From a virus (Duplodnaviria > Caudoviricetes): a DNA stretch of 49,205 nucleotides. The DNA lies in IMG/VR virus record IMGVR_UViG_3300033067_001503, positions 1 to 49,205 of that record, one strand, 5' to 3'. The notes under the pieces are model-generated. The model searched no databases and was not told where the DNA came from. It was given only the letters and a program-made list of their open reading frames with translations. Within the stretch, counting starts at the first letter, position 1; each line of letters begins with the position of its first letter. The position numbers were made by a program, and so were the translations under genes. Shown one piece after another: positions 6,947 to 17,091 of this stretch.

Positions 6947-7204
6947 TCACCCGCACCCGTTCTTTTCTGTGGATGACGAAACCGATGGGCGGCATCCATC
7001 CCGATTCGCCCACCCCCACTTGCGAGCGAGGTAATACCAGCCCTCGGATATGGCACCCATGCCGAGGCCGAGGCCGATTTCGAGCACCTGCGCAACGTCA
7101 GGATCACTCACCAGCGCATTGCCGTCATCCGGCGACAGAAAGCCGTGAAGCACCAGCGCGCCCGATCCATAACGAAGAATGATTCTTGTAACCACAGGTA
7201 ACAT
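6947..7204 (-). CDS. putative holin
   Basis: Small hydrophobic protein (RIILRYGSGALV...EGWYYLARKWGW) downstream of endolysin. Confidence 0.6.
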   Translation of the reverse strand: MLPVVTRIILRYGSGALVLHGFLSPDDGNALVSDPDVAQVLEIGLGLGMGAISEGWYYLARKWGWANRDGCRPSVSSSTEKNGCG

Positions 7205-7267
7205 GCGGTACCCTTTCCACGGTTGATTTTTAATAGACCAAGCTGCTGATTGGAGTCATTATTAGCT

Positions 7268-7840
7268 ATGCAGTTGTGTTCCGTTGATGGATGCGCCGCG
7301 CCCGTGGACAGAAAGGGATTTTGCACACGCCACTACATGCGCAATCTGCGACACGGCGACCCTACAAAAGGACGCCGCAGGGCGAATGAGATAACCGAAT
7401 TTGTTATGGGAACGGCTCTCGTCTTTGAGGGCGACGAATGCCTTGATTGGCCGTTCTTCGTTACGAGAGTGGGCTACGCTCAGGCGCGGTTGGGGGGCCG
7501 GTATAGGCTAGTCCATCGATTTGTGTGCGAGAAGACAAAGGGGCACGCGCCTCGCCCAGGTCTTCATGCCGCCCACGTCTGCGGCAATCGCAAATGCGTT
7601 AATCCGCGCCACTTGTCGTGGAAGACGCCTATAGAAAATGAGGCGGACAAAGTCCGGCACGGAACATTGTTGGCTGGACAGCGTCACCCTAACGCAAAAC
7701 TGACCGACGATGAGGTGACGGCTATCCGAGTTCTCAGGGGGCGCATCCCCACGTCCGCAATCTGCGAGATTTTCAACGTTCAGAAGGGCACCATCTCGGC
7801 TATCCAGCTTGGCCGGACGCACAAAGAACGTAAGTCATGA
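7268..7840 (+). CDS. HNH homing endonuclease inserted antisense in the lysis cassette
   Basis: CSVDGC...C.RHY zinc motif, ECLDWP, VHR, HAAHVCGNRKCVNPRHL, NAKLTDDEV HTH. Confidence 0.9.
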   Translation: MQLCSVDGCAAPVDRKGFCTRHYMRNLRHGDPTKGRRRANEITEFVMGTALVFEGDECLDWPFFVTRVGYAQARLGGRYRLVHRFVCEKTKGHAPRPGLHAAHVCGNRKCVNPRHLSWKTPIENEADKVRHGTLLAGQRHPNAKLTDDEVTAIRVLRGRIPTSAICEIFNVQKGTISAIQLGRTHKERKS

Positions 7841-8764
7841 CGGTTTCCTTTTGAACAGTTTGGAGAGGATGGAGAGGATGAGCGAGAGCCAGCCTGTCTT
7901 TGCCTCAGGGGCGGGCGCAGGAGCGTCCTTGGCGGCTTTGGCTGCCATTGTGTCCCGGAAGGCCTTGTCGGTTTCTGAGGGCAGCGGCGAGACGCGCTGT
8001 ACGGGCTCCGCAGGCCCCTTTGCCTTGACCTTTTCGGCAATGAGCGCCAGCGTCTTCGGCCCGGCGTAGCCATCGTCCTTCAGGCCATTGGCGCGCTGGA
8101 ATTTCAGCACGGCTGCTTCCGTGCCGAAGCCGAACACATCGTCGAGCCGGCCAGTGTAGAAGCCAAGCGCTGCGAGGTTCAGGATAAGCGTTGCGACTGC
8201 GGGCCCGCGCTCGCCTCTGACCAGCACGCCATCGGCCAACGGATCGACCGCAACAGGCTGAACATTCGTGGTTACGCCGGTATAGATGCCTTTGCTGATG
8301 AGCAGGCCTTCCTCTTTGCGGCGACGCACCAGACCGGCAAGTTTCTTGCCCTTGGCCGTCACGCGCGTCGTTTCGAGGAACCGAGCCGCCGTGGCATAGT
8401 CGGCGCGCTTCGCGGCAATCGCCCATCTGTCGTCAAGCGTGCCGGCACCGCAGTTGAACACCACGGAGGTCATCGCGTCGAACACATGCGGCGGCACGTC
8501 ATGGCCGAGAAAATCGTTGACCGCCTTGCCGTATTCGTCCTGACAGAGATAGCGCAGGCAGTTGTCGGCTTCGGAACGGGTCATCCTGGCGGAAAGGTCG
8601 AACGTCTGGCCGGGTCGGTTCTTCTCCCACCACTGGCGGAAGGCATTGGAGCGCCATGTGAAGCCGACGCCGATGGTCAGGACGCCAACCGCGTCCCTGT
8701 ACGCGTGGTCGACAAAGCCCTCCTGCAAGCGCAGAAAAGCCGCTCCGTTTACGGAGAGGTCCAT
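7835..8764 (-). CDS. endolysin: GH24 lysozyme plus peptidoglycan-binding domain
   Basis: EG...AYRDAVGVLTIGVG catalytic motif; GLVRRRKEE; PG_binding_1 DDVFGFGTEAAVLKFQRANGLKDDGYAGPKT; C-terminal amphipathic helix. Confidence 0.93.
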   Translation of the reverse strand: MDLSVNGAAFLRLQEGFVDHAYRDAVGVLTIGVGFTWRSNAFRQWWEKNRPGQTFDLSARMTRSEADNCLRYLCQDEYGKAVNDFLGHDVPPHVFDAMTSVVFNCGAGTLDDRWAIAAKRADYATAARFLETTRVTAKGKKLAGLVRRRKEEGLLISKGIYTGVTTNVQPVAVDPLADGVLVRGERGPAVATLILNLAALGFYTGRLDDVFGFGTEAAVLKFQRANGLKDDGYAGPKTLALIAEKVKAKGPAEPVQRVSPLPSETDKAFRDTMAAKAAKDAPAPAPEAKTGWLSLILSILSKLFKRKPS

Positions 8765-8794
8765 GCGATGTTTCCTGTGTTTGTGAGAGAGCGG

Positions 8795-9772
8795 CTAGTT
8801 TCCGATGCGGTTGAACGCGCCGAAAAATCCACTGATGGTCCGGCGCTCGCCAGCTCTCAGCGTCTCATTTCCCTCGTAGCCGCGCGGGTAGAATTTGCCG
8901 GGTGCCGACCGTTCAAATGCAGTCGTCAAGGTGCCCCTGTTGACGCCGGTATCGAAGCCCATTGCATAGGCCCATTGGGCAACGCCCGCCTGCCTTACTT
9001 CCTGAAGAAAGTAATGGGGCGGGCTGTTCGGGTCGGTCCAGTCCGATGGCGGCATAAGCCGCTGTGTCGCCTCCGACGAAATATCCACCCCGTCCGTTAT
9101 ATTGGAGCCGGGGACGAGCAAATAGAGGGATTGCCCGTTCGCCAGCACCGGCTTTAGCGCCTGCATTCCGTTGATGTAGTCGAGCGTCAAGGTAGTCAGC
9201 GCGGTCAGCGCGTAGGTGTATCGGCAGAAGCCGTCCGGGCCGAATGTGCGGGTGATGACGACAGAGCCCTTAAGCGAGGACGAAGCCGGCATTGGAAGGC
9301 CGTAGGACTCGGTTATCGTAAGAACTTGGCCTGTCCAATCGCCGCGCGTTGCCGTGATGGCCTTGCCATCAAGCGCAATTGAAAGCTTGTAGAAGGGTGT
9401 TGTGCTATGGTTGCCGCCCGTCCACTCGCCATCGATATGGGCAGGCGGGGACTCGTCGGATGCGTTCCGAAGCACCGTTCCCGACTTGGTGAAAACCGAT
9501 GCCGTGGATGAAATGGACGTGCTGGACGGGATGAGTTTTTCGCTCACCCAGTCCACCGGGTCCGTGCCGACCTGAAGGCGCACAACCTTGTCCTGCGCGC
9601 TCCGATACCACGGCGTCCGGACATAGAGCATTCCGTCAAAGCGGATGACGGTGATGGTCATGGGAGCGCTACTTTGGGCACAAAGCGGGGTCAGCAAGCA
9701 TAGCGCTACGCCATAACAAGCCCGGCGATGCCAGACTGACCAAGTGTGTTGGAGCCGCTGTCGCCAACCCAT
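8795..9772 (-). CDS. hypothetical beta-rich protein (true start uncertain, probably about 9690 or 9662)
   Basis: Long ORF between tail fibre and endolysin; Cys/hydrophobic N-terminus. Confidence 0.55.
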   Translation of the reverse strand: MGWRQRLQHTWSVWHRRACYGVALCLLTPLCAQSSAPMTITVIRFDGMLYVRTPWYRSAQDKVVRLQVGTDPVDWVSEKLIPSSTSISSTASVFTKSGTVLRNASDESPPAHIDGEWTGGNHSTTPFYKLSIALDGKAITATRGDWTGQVLTITESYGLPMPASSSLKGSVVITRTFGPDGFCRYTYALTALTTLTLDYINGMQALKPVLANGQSLYLLVPGSNITDGVDISSEATQRLMPPSDWTDPNSPPHYFLQEVRQAGVAQWAYAMGFDTGVNRGTLTTAFERSAPGKFYPRGYEGNETLRAGERRTISGFFGAFNRIGN

Positions 9773-10986
9773 GTGAAAGCAACTACCGAGTTCGCTTCAA
9801 GCCAGACCAGATAATGACGGCCAACTCCGGGGAATCCCGAATAGAACGCCGACACGTGAACGTGAGACCCGGCGACATAATTCATACCGCGACCGGCAAT
9901 GCAATTGGCGTCCATCGTGGTTGTGCTGTCGAGCCCGACCGCAACAATTAGGTTTTGCCCGGTCGTGCCAGTGGCGGTGCCGGCTGCCTTGACGGTCGCC
10001 GTGACAGCATCTTCATCAAGCCCGCGCACCATATCGAGCTGGTTGGCCGTATTGGCGTTCGCCTGCCGCATGGTGCCGGAAGCGTTCGACCAGTTGTCAG
10101 TCGTGTCGATGACGCGCATTGGCCTTGGTGCGCGATTGTCCATGTTCCAGACAAAGCGCTTGGCGCGGCTGTCCTCTGTCGTGGTGGTCGAGGTCGTGCG
10201 GAAAGTGCCGACATAGCGCTTGTTCGTCGAGCCCGACTTTACATAAACACCGTCCTGCGTCGTCAGCGCCGTGGCGCGGCCAGTGTCGGAAGACCATGCA
10301 ACTGCTTCAAGCGTCAATGTGCCGGAATTGTCGTAGAGAAAAACGTCGTAGTTGACGCCGCTCGATAGCGTGCCGAGCGCCAGCGACTTTTCCGTGAAGG
10401 TGTAGGGAGACCAAAGACTGCTGGTGTAAAGCCAGACAACATTGCCCTTGTAAGGCGTGTAGTAGATAGTCGTCGCACCAGTCACGTCGCTGGTGGTGAT
10501 GGCGGTGCCGGCGGTCAGTGTGAGGCGGCCCTGCGCAATCTTCGGCTGCACCAATTGGGTGACCGGCGCACCGCCCATAAGGGTATAGAACGCCGTGCCG
10601 TTGCACAGGATGAGGATGGTACTGCCATTCGGCACGCTAAGGGTGGCCGCGCCATCGATGGTTTCTGCGCCGTTCGGGTCGATGGTGACGACGCCGCCGC
10701 TAGCGCGTACCCAAAGCGCCCATCCGGTCGTGAGCGTCGCCGCCGCCGTCAAAGACAGGGTTGCCGCTACCGAAAAGTCCCAAAGCTGGTTGTGGTCAGT
10801 CTTGGCAGCCGTCGCATCGGCAGACTTCGCAACGCGACGGGTGACGGCAGAGGCAATCATTGCCCCGAGAGCACGCATCGCATCGTCGCCGTTGGCGAGT
10901 GAAGACGAACCCTGGATGCCGACGCCCTTGAAATCGACGTTGCTGGCGTCAGTCGTGCTGAGTTCCAGCACGTTCGCTATGGTCAT
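9706..10986 (-). CDS. tail fibre/spike protein
   Basis: Thr/Ala/Gly-rich, GRLTLT...IYYTPY.G motif seen in podophage fibres; follows ejection genes. Confidence 0.75.
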   Translation of the reverse strand: MTIANVLELSTTDASNVDFKGVGIQGSSSLANGDDAMRALGAMIASAVTRRVAKSADATAAKTDHNQLWDFSVAATLSLTAAATLTTGWALWVRASGGVVTIDPNGAETIDGAATLSVPNGSTILILCNGTAFYTLMGGAPVTQLVQPKIAQGRLTLTAGTAITTSDVTGATTIYYTPYKGNVVWLYTSSLWSPYTFTEKSLALGTLSSGVNYDVFLYDNSGTLTLEAVAWSSDTGRATALTTQDGVYVKSGSTNKRYVGTFRTTSTTTTEDSRAKRFVWNMDNRAPRPMRVIDTTDNWSNASGTMRQANANTANQLDMVRGLDEDAVTATVKAAGTATGTTGQNLIVAVGLDSTTTMDANCIAGRGMNYVAGSHVHVSAFYSGFPGVGRHYLVWLEANSVVAFTWVGDSGSNTLGQSGIAGLVMA

Positions 10987-10998
10987 GTTGTCACCATG

Positions 10999-11021
10999 AA
11001 AAAAGGCGGCTTCGGGCCGCC
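10999..11021 (-). terminator. intrinsic terminator
   Basis: GGCGGC-loop-GCCGCC stem followed by a U-run on the minus strand. Confidence 0.75.
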
Positions 11022-11045
11022 TGTCAGTCGCCTATGGACGAGGTC

Positions 11046-13586
11046 TCACCAGAGACCGACGCGCCCGCCGTACTTGTCGCGTTCAGCGCGGGAGAAGCCG
11101 CCGCGATTGCCTTCGCCGCCGCCGAACAAACCGCCGAGACCAAGGCCTCCAAACAGCCCGCCTAGTCCGCCAGGACGGTCGCCAAGGAGCCCGCCGCCTG
11201 CATTGAAGGCATCGGAAAGGCCGCCAAACAGGCCGCGCGCATTGCCGCCGGCACGGGTAGAGCCGTCGGGGCCTACCATCTCGCTCCATCCGTACTTGCC
11301 GGACGTGCGAATGCCGCCCATGCCGGGACCGAGCGAGGTGTATTCCGTGCCGTTCGAAGCACGGGCAGTGGCACCACGAGCGCCACTCATGGCGCGCTCC
11401 ATGCCGCGAATGCCGGAGCCGACACTGAACTTGTCAATCGGGCCGGGACCGTCGAACATACCGCCCAACATGCCGTCTTCACCGCCAAGCAGGCCGCTTG
11501 CGAGCCCGATTGCAGCACCGGGCAGACCGCCTATGGCTCCCATGACCGCAGCGCGTTTCATCGCGCCGGGAAGACGGGTCTTCACCTTGTCCATGCGAGT
11601 GGGTTCGGGCGGTGCGGCGGGAAAGTCGGCAGGTGTGGCGAGTTCTGGCGTGCCGAGCGGTTCGGGGCTGGACAGGCTCGGTGCGACGGGCTGCTGCGCA
11701 TTGATGGCGTCCGCCATCGTGAACATGGTGCCGCCCGGCTGCGGGACAGCGTTCTGTGCCGTGGTCCGGGTAGCGTCCAGCGCCTTGCGGATGCCGCTCA
11801 GGTCTGGCGAGAGTGCGCCGGTTGCGGAAGGTGCAAGGGAGGCTAGTTCCACGGCGCGGCTGACATTTGCCGGCTGAAAGGACTGCCCAACCGAGCTGCC
11901 TATCATGCCGCCCGCCATCGGGGCGGAGAATGCCGGTTCGTTACTGAACGGGTTCGGCGCATCTTCCTGCGGCGGCGTGTAGCTGGCACCTATGACGCCG
12001 CTTTGGTCGCCAACGGGAACCTGCCTTGTTGCGACAGTCTGATAGTCCGGCGCCGACGCCATGAGGGTGTCAGGCAGCGGACGGCTTTCCGGCGTGGGGA
12101 CGTTTTCGGGGAGGCCCGCACCGAACACAGGAGCGCCGAACGCTCCTGCCTGCGTAATGGCCTCGTGTAGAGCCGGGTCCATGTTCGCGCTGGAACCGCC
12201 AGCACCCCAGGCCGTCGGGCTCTGGTGCGCAACGTCGAGGTGCATGCGGCCCGGCTCCATATAGCCGGGGCCGACGCCTATACCCGTGAAGCCTTGCGAC
12301 GCGGCATATGCGCCGAAGTCCGCCATGCGCGCGGGGCCAACCTGCTGCCCATCGGGGCCGATGACATCGAAGTCAGCCGCAAAGCCGGACGGATGGTTGT
12401 GGTTGCCGCGCCTCGATACGCTGCCGTCCGGGTTGCGCATGACGCCTTTGCCGGACGCGACAGAAACCGAATAGCCGGGGCCGAAATAGCCCGCTACCGC
12501 GTCACCAATGCCGCCCATGAAGCCTTCGTCGGGGCGCTGGTTGCGCTGGACACCGCCCGCACTCAGCGGCGAATAATCGATGGCAGCAGGTTGCCTGTCC
12601 GGGGTGTAAGTTGGCGTGTCGAATGTTGCCGTCCGTGAAGTCGTTTCGACCTGCGTGGGAGGAACAAGGTCGCCATAAGCTCGTCCGGCAGGCCCGGCAT
12701 TGGCCGAAGGCATGAGCGATGGCGAACCGAATAGCCCGCCTGTCTCTGCCATATCATACGGCTGCGAATAGGCAGCGGAAATGATGCCTGCGTTCGGGTC
12801 CGGCGTGCGATAGCCCAGCGCGGTTTCAATGGCCCGGTTCTTCGGGTCGTCGAAATAGATGTGCCCGGTGGTCGATGCGACTTTCTGCAAGCCAGAGGGG
12901 AGGTTTTTCTTGGCCGACGGCGTTGCGTAGAACGTGCCGCTGTGAACGGGGCCGTTCTGCTGCACGTCTGCCAAGGCCTGCTTTGCGAGGTCGCGATAAG
13001 CTTCGACACCGGCTGGCAGCGTCTTGCCATAGGCGGTGAACTCGCCCGGTGCGGAAATGACTTCTTCCGGGGTGACGCCAAGCTCTTTCGCGCGGTTGGC
13101 AATAACCGACGCAATGGCCTTCATGTCCGTGAGGCGCTTGGCTCGGGAACCGCCTACAGCCTCACCAAGAAGCACGTCCTCGATGGTGGTGGCTTTCCCC
13201 GGCTTGTATCCAACGTCAAGGAAGGATGAAGGCGCTTGCCGCATATAGTCATCAGGCGCCATTGCTGGTTTCTGAGAATATCTGGGGCTCGGCATGTCCA
13301 TGATGCCGGGCATCCTTGCCGTGGATGCCAAGCGGCCCGTTTTGCCCCCGGCAACATGTTCAGTGCCGAAGGCTTTGGAGGCAGGCACGCCGACGCTGCC
13401 CGGCAACATCCCAATCTCGCCGCCGGCAACAGGCTTAGCGAGGCCTGCCATGGTGTCGACATAGTTCATCGCCCGCGCGATTTCTTCGCGCAAGCGACGC
13501 TCCTTTTCCCTCCGAGAGCGCTCTAAGTCCCGCGCTTCAGCCTTGGAAAGATGCGCCGCAATCTGGCGGTTAGGTCTGTTGACCAT
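11046..13586 (-). CDS. large ejection/internal virion protein with SleB-like and M15 peptidase-like domains
   Basis: LLGEA.G...MKAIASVIANRA...EF (Hydrolase_2-like); NHPSGFAADF...GIGVG...MHLDV (M15-like H-x6-D...H). Confidence 0.72.
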   Translation of the reverse strand: MVNRPNRQIAAHLSKAEARDLERSRREKERRLREEIARAMNYVDTMAGLAKPVAGGEIGMLPGSVGVPASKAFGTEHVAGGKTGRLASTARMPGIMDMPSPRYSQKPAMAPDDYMRQAPSSFLDVGYKPGKATTIEDVLLGEAVGGSRAKRLTDMKAIASVIANRAKELGVTPEEVISAPGEFTAYGKTLPAGVEAYRDLAKQALADVQQNGPVHSGTFYATPSAKKNLPSGLQKVASTTGHIYFDDPKNRAIETALGYRTPDPNAGIISAAYSQPYDMAETGGLFGSPSLMPSANAGPAGRAYGDLVPPTQVETTSRTATFDTPTYTPDRQPAAIDYSPLSAGGVQRNQRPDEGFMGGIGDAVAGYFGPGYSVSVASGKGVMRNPDGSVSRRGNHNHPSGFAADFDVIGPDGQQVGPARMADFGAYAASQGFTGIGVGPGYMEPGRMHLDVAHQSPTAWGAGGSSANMDPALHEAITQAGAFGAPVFGAGLPENVPTPESRPLPDTLMASAPDYQTVATRQVPVGDQSGVIGASYTPPQEDAPNPFSNEPAFSAPMAGGMIGSSVGQSFQPANVSRAVELASLAPSATGALSPDLSGIRKALDATRTTAQNAVPQPGGTMFTMADAINAQQPVAPSLSSPEPLGTPELATPADFPAAPPEPTRMDKVKTRLPGAMKRAAVMGAIGGLPGAAIGLASGLLGGEDGMLGGMFDGPGPIDKFSVGSGIRGMERAMSGARGATARASNGTEYTSLGPGMGGIRTSGKYGWSEMVGPDGSTRAGGNARGLFGGLSDAFNAGGGLLGDRPGGLGGLFGGLGLGGLFGGGEGNRGGFSRAERDKYGGRVGLW

Positions 13587-13637
13587 TCATGTGCTCGCCT
13601 TGCGGAAGGTTGGGGGAAGCGCCTATATTCAGGCGCG

Positions 13638-13952
13638 ATGGAAAGCTGGTTCCTGCGAATTACGCAGATGCTGGTGGCCTTCGGAGTGTCGGGCTCCGCA
13701 GCCGCCTATCACTGGACGAACAACAACGCCCTGATCGGCTCCTGGGGCCTCATCGCCGCCATCGCGTGGACGATGATTTATGCCAAGGCAGCCGACTGGT
13801 ATCTGGCCCGCAAATACGGCTGGCCATCACCCTTTCCACCGAAGGCCGTCATCTGGTCCGTGACGTGGAAGGTCGTCGCTGTGACCGTTGGGTGGCTGGT
13901 GGTGGTCATAGGCGGCGCATTCGCCTATGGGTGGTGGGCGGGCATCAATTAG
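13638..13952 (+). CDS. antisense membrane moron, possible superinfection exclusion protein
   Basis: Two to three TM segments; own TTGCGG-N18-TATATT promoter (13600-13629); lies between ejection genes. Confidence 0.65.
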   Translation: MESWFLRITQMLVAFGVSGSAAAYHWTNNNALIGSWGLIAAIAWTMIYAKAADWYLARKYGWPSPFPPKAVIWSVTWKVVAVTVGWLVVVIGGAFAYGWWAGIN

Positions 13953-15558
13953 CTATTCTGCCGCGCGCTGACTGGATTCCGGCAACACCAGTCAGAAGTT
14001 GCCGGATGAATTTCTGGTTCCTGAGCGCTTTGGCGCTGGCGGCAATTTCCGGAGAGGAAAGGTTGCCAGATCGGATAGCCGCGCCCACTTGGTTCAACCC
14101 GCCTTCGGTAATGCGCGGGGCGGCAAACTTCGCTGCCGTGCCCGCACCAACAAGTCCGCCAGCCACTAGTGGAACCGGAATGCCGAGGCCTGTTGCGACA
14201 GCGCTGGCCGAACCAGCGCCAATGGTCGGCATCAATGTCGCGTTGCCGCTGAGCTTTTCGAAATCGACGCCGAAGCGTGAAAGGCTACGCAGCGCCTTGT
14301 TGTTGTGCTGGACGTCCAGGAGCGCCTTGCGCTCGTCAGCACTGAAAAGCTGGATTCCGCGCTTGGAGCGAAGCAGATTTCCAATGCCGTTTCGAATGCC
14401 GGCATCTCGTCCCGACTGGTACGTGTCGGCATTGGCAACAATCTCGTCCAGTGCCCTTTGCTTGATTGAACGAAGGGCGAGCTGGCGGGCGCTGGTGCGA
14501 AGCTCGTCGAACTGAGCCTGTGGCATCGGCGTGTCGGAAATGAACGGCGTGCTGCTTTCGAAGGTGTCAAGGTGGTCCTTGATGATATCGAGCGCCTTGC
14601 CAAGCGACTTTCCGTCTTGCGAACGATAAGCGTCCCGTGCGGCTTCGCCCACGGCAGACCGCAGCGAATTGATGTCGCTGAAATCGGGGCTGTTGCCCAC
14701 ATCCTTTGCCAGCTCGTCGACCCAGTCGAAGGCTTCCTTGACCCTACCGACAGGGCGGAAACCTTCCTTGCGAAGATCCTGCGCCATTTTCAGCACGGTG
14801 TTGCTGTACGAGTCCGCGTCATAGCGAATACCCGCATCGCGGAGGGCCTGATAAGCGCTGTCGGTTTCGGCCTTCAACGCCTGTGCAGTCGGCGCGTCCT
14901 CGGCGGCCATTTTTACGGTGGACGGATTGCGTCCTGCGGCAAGCGCTCCACCCACGATAGCAGCGCCGGCGCGCGCCCAAGGTTCGGCAGCGGTTCCCTC
15001 GGTCAATTGCCCAGCCGCCTCCGAAGCAAGCCCCGGCACGACAGCCATCGCGACTTTGCGACCAGCCGAACCGGGACCAAGCGCGGCTGATGGCGCAAAT
15101 TCTGCAACCGTGCGAGCGTATTTGCCGGCAGTCGTTTTCGGCTGGTAGTTCTTGCCGACTGCGGCGTTCGTACCGGCCTGAATTTCCTCGGTGCTTGGAA
15201 GGAAGCCAGTCGGCGAAGCATAGCGTCCGACATTGCGGGCGAAGCTCTGAAGCCACTCGCTTCCACCCATCTTGCCGGTCAACCACGCGGCCACGTCGCC
15301 GGTCATCTGGTTTGCCGAGCCAAATTGGCCCGCCAGTCCTTCAACGCCGGAACGCAGGCCGGACATGGTGCTTCGGCCCACATCTTCGGCCATGCCGACG
15401 GCTGGTTGGTCGAACTGTCGCGTTATCGCCGAAGCTTGGTCGCGGAATGAGCGCGATGCATCGCCTTCCGGCTGCGGCCCGACAGGCACGCCCTTGAAGC
15501 GCGGCCCGTTCTTGGGCTGGTCGCCAATATTGACGGGGATACCAGAGAAACGGGGCAT
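13945..15558 (-). CDS. DNA transfer/ejection protein
   Basis: Ala/Gly-rich helical protein, YQPKTTAGKYARTV motif; position in podophage ejection cluster. Confidence 0.7.
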   Translation of the reverse strand: MPRFSGIPVNIGDQPKNGPRFKGVPVGPQPEGDASRSFRDQASAITRQFDQPAVGMAEDVGRSTMSGLRSGVEGLAGQFGSANQMTGDVAAWLTGKMGGSEWLQSFARNVGRYASPTGFLPSTEEIQAGTNAAVGKNYQPKTTAGKYARTVAEFAPSAALGPGSAGRKVAMAVVPGLASEAAGQLTEGTAAEPWARAGAAIVGGALAAGRNPSTVKMAAEDAPTAQALKAETDSAYQALRDAGIRYDADSYSNTVLKMAQDLRKEGFRPVGRVKEAFDWVDELAKDVGNSPDFSDINSLRSAVGEAARDAYRSQDGKSLGKALDIIKDHLDTFESSTPFISDTPMPQAQFDELRTSARQLALRSIKQRALDEIVANADTYQSGRDAGIRNGIGNLLRSKRGIQLFSADERKALLDVQHNNKALRSLSRFGVDFEKLSGNATLMPTIGAGSASAVATGLGIPVPLVAGGLVGAGTAAKFAAPRITEGGLNQVGAAIRSGNLSSPEIAASAKALRNQKFIRQLLTGVAGIQSARGRIAN

Positions 15559-17081
15559 CAGGGCTTCCGATACTGCTGTCCGTCTTCGGGGTCGATGAAG
15601 AGCGAGCCCGACGGCAATGCATCATAGTCAGCCTGTGATTGCGGACGAGCGGCTTGACCCGCTTCAGGCTGGCTTTGGCCGGGCAAACCCGTGCCGTATT
15701 GCTGCTGTCGAGCCTGCGCATTTCGGATGCCGCGCTCAACAATGGCCTGGTATTCGTCAAGCGCCTTGAGGAAGGCTTCCTTGGACAGTGCGGTATTCAT
15801 GCGCGTGACGGCCTTCGACGCCGTGTCGCCTTCCGTGTTGGAAAGGGAACCGAGGCCGCGCATCTGCTGAATGGCCGTGAGGAACGCGCCCGACTTCGCT
15901 TGGTCGACAGCGTTCTGGAAGTCGTAACCGCCCGTGCCCCACACGCCGTTGAAAAGAGAGCTGCCACCGGTTCCGCGCTCCAGATATGGGTCGTTGCGGA
16001 TTTGGCCGATGATATCGAGCGCGTTCTGACCCGCCGTGATGTCGGCCGGTGCCGTCGCAGCCTGCTTGCCTTGGAAGTCGCCGATGGCCGCTTCGGCGGC
16101 AGCACCGCGAACGTTCTTCGGGATGGTCTGCACCACTTCGCGCGTCACCGGGTCGATGACCTGAAATTCGGTGCCGGTGTCTTTGACGATTGGAGCTTTG
16201 GCAATCTTGGCCCCGCCGGGAATTTTGGTGATGTGCCCCTCGCCGGCCTTGTCGACCTGCAAGAGGCCGGCCTCGCCATTTTCCAGCACGATGGGAATGG
16301 TGTTCAGGCTCATTTCGGCAGCGCCACCGCGAGCGGACGGCAATTCCCCGGTTAGCGTGAACTGCTGCCATTCCGGCGTGCCTTCCTGCAAGCCGTATTG
16401 CTTGGCTGCGGCGGCGCGTTCAGCGTACTTGTCCGTTTCACCCGGCTTCAGCAGCATCGACATCAGCGACGGGTTCTGCGCTGCCATTGCGGCATCTTCC
16501 GCCGAAAGCCCGCGCTTCATCAGCCAGGCGCGCGTTGCGTTCTCCTGCGCCCTGCCCTGCTTTATCTTCAGCGCATCGGCCATGCCGCCGGAGAAGTCGC
16601 CGCGCATGAGGCCAACGCCAAGGGCTCCGAGAACGTCGCGGTTCTCAGGCTGGAACAATCCGCCAAACGGACCGACAGGAGCGCCCTGCGGGCTTGCCTG
16701 CGGCGTTGCGGGCATATTCGTCTGCAACCAGCCCTGCGGGCCTGTAGCGCCCGCCATGCCGTTCGTTTCGGCATACTGGTAATTCCTGCCGTCGGAGCCC
16801 GTGCGAATTTCACCCGGACGCCCTGCGCCGTCTGGCTTGCCGCCTGCCGCCATGACGAGGTTGTCAGCGTATTTGCGCTTCACGGGCTTCGGAGCGGGCC
16901 AGCGCATTGCCGCGAGTTCATACGGGCCGGGAAGCATCTGAGGCAAAGGCGCACCGTTCCTCGCATAGCCTCCAATCAAGCCGCGATCGGGCGGCAGACG
17001 GCTGAGGTCTTCATCCATGGGCAGGCCTTGGCGCTGGCCCATGAAGCCGGGAAAGAGCAGACCGTAAGGAGCAGGCATCAT
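15558..17081 (-). CDS. DNA transfer/ejection protein (P22 gp20-like C-terminus)
   Basis: AFLTAIQQMRGLGSLSNTEG motif; position. Confidence 0.72.
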   Translation of the reverse strand: MMPAPYGLLFPGFMGQRQGLPMDEDLSRLPPDRGLIGGYARNGAPLPQMLPGPYELAAMRWPAPKPVKRKYADNLVMAAGGKPDGAGRPGEIRTGSDGRNYQYAETNGMAGATGPQGWLQTNMPATPQASPQGAPVGPFGGLFQPENRDVLGALGVGLMRGDFSGGMADALKIKQGRAQENATRAWLMKRGLSAEDAAMAAQNPSLMSMLLKPGETDKYAERAAAAKQYGLQEGTPEWQQFTLTGELPSARGGAAEMSLNTIPIVLENGEAGLLQVDKAGEGHITKIPGGAKIAKAPIVKDTGTEFQVIDPVTREVVQTIPKNVRGAAAEAAIGDFQGKQAATAPADITAGQNALDIIGQIRNDPYLERGTGGSSLFNGVWGTGGYDFQNAVDQAKSGAFLTAIQQMRGLGSLSNTEGDTASKAVTRMNTALSKEAFLKALDEYQAIVERGIRNAQARQQQYGTGLPGQSQPEAGQAARPQSQADYDALPSGSLFIDPEDGQQYRKP

Positions 17082-17091
17082 CGATAGGTTC

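Noticed and set aside
9706-10986. Diversity-generating retroelement or invertible tail cassette
   Set aside because: No reverse transcriptase, invertase or template repeat seen
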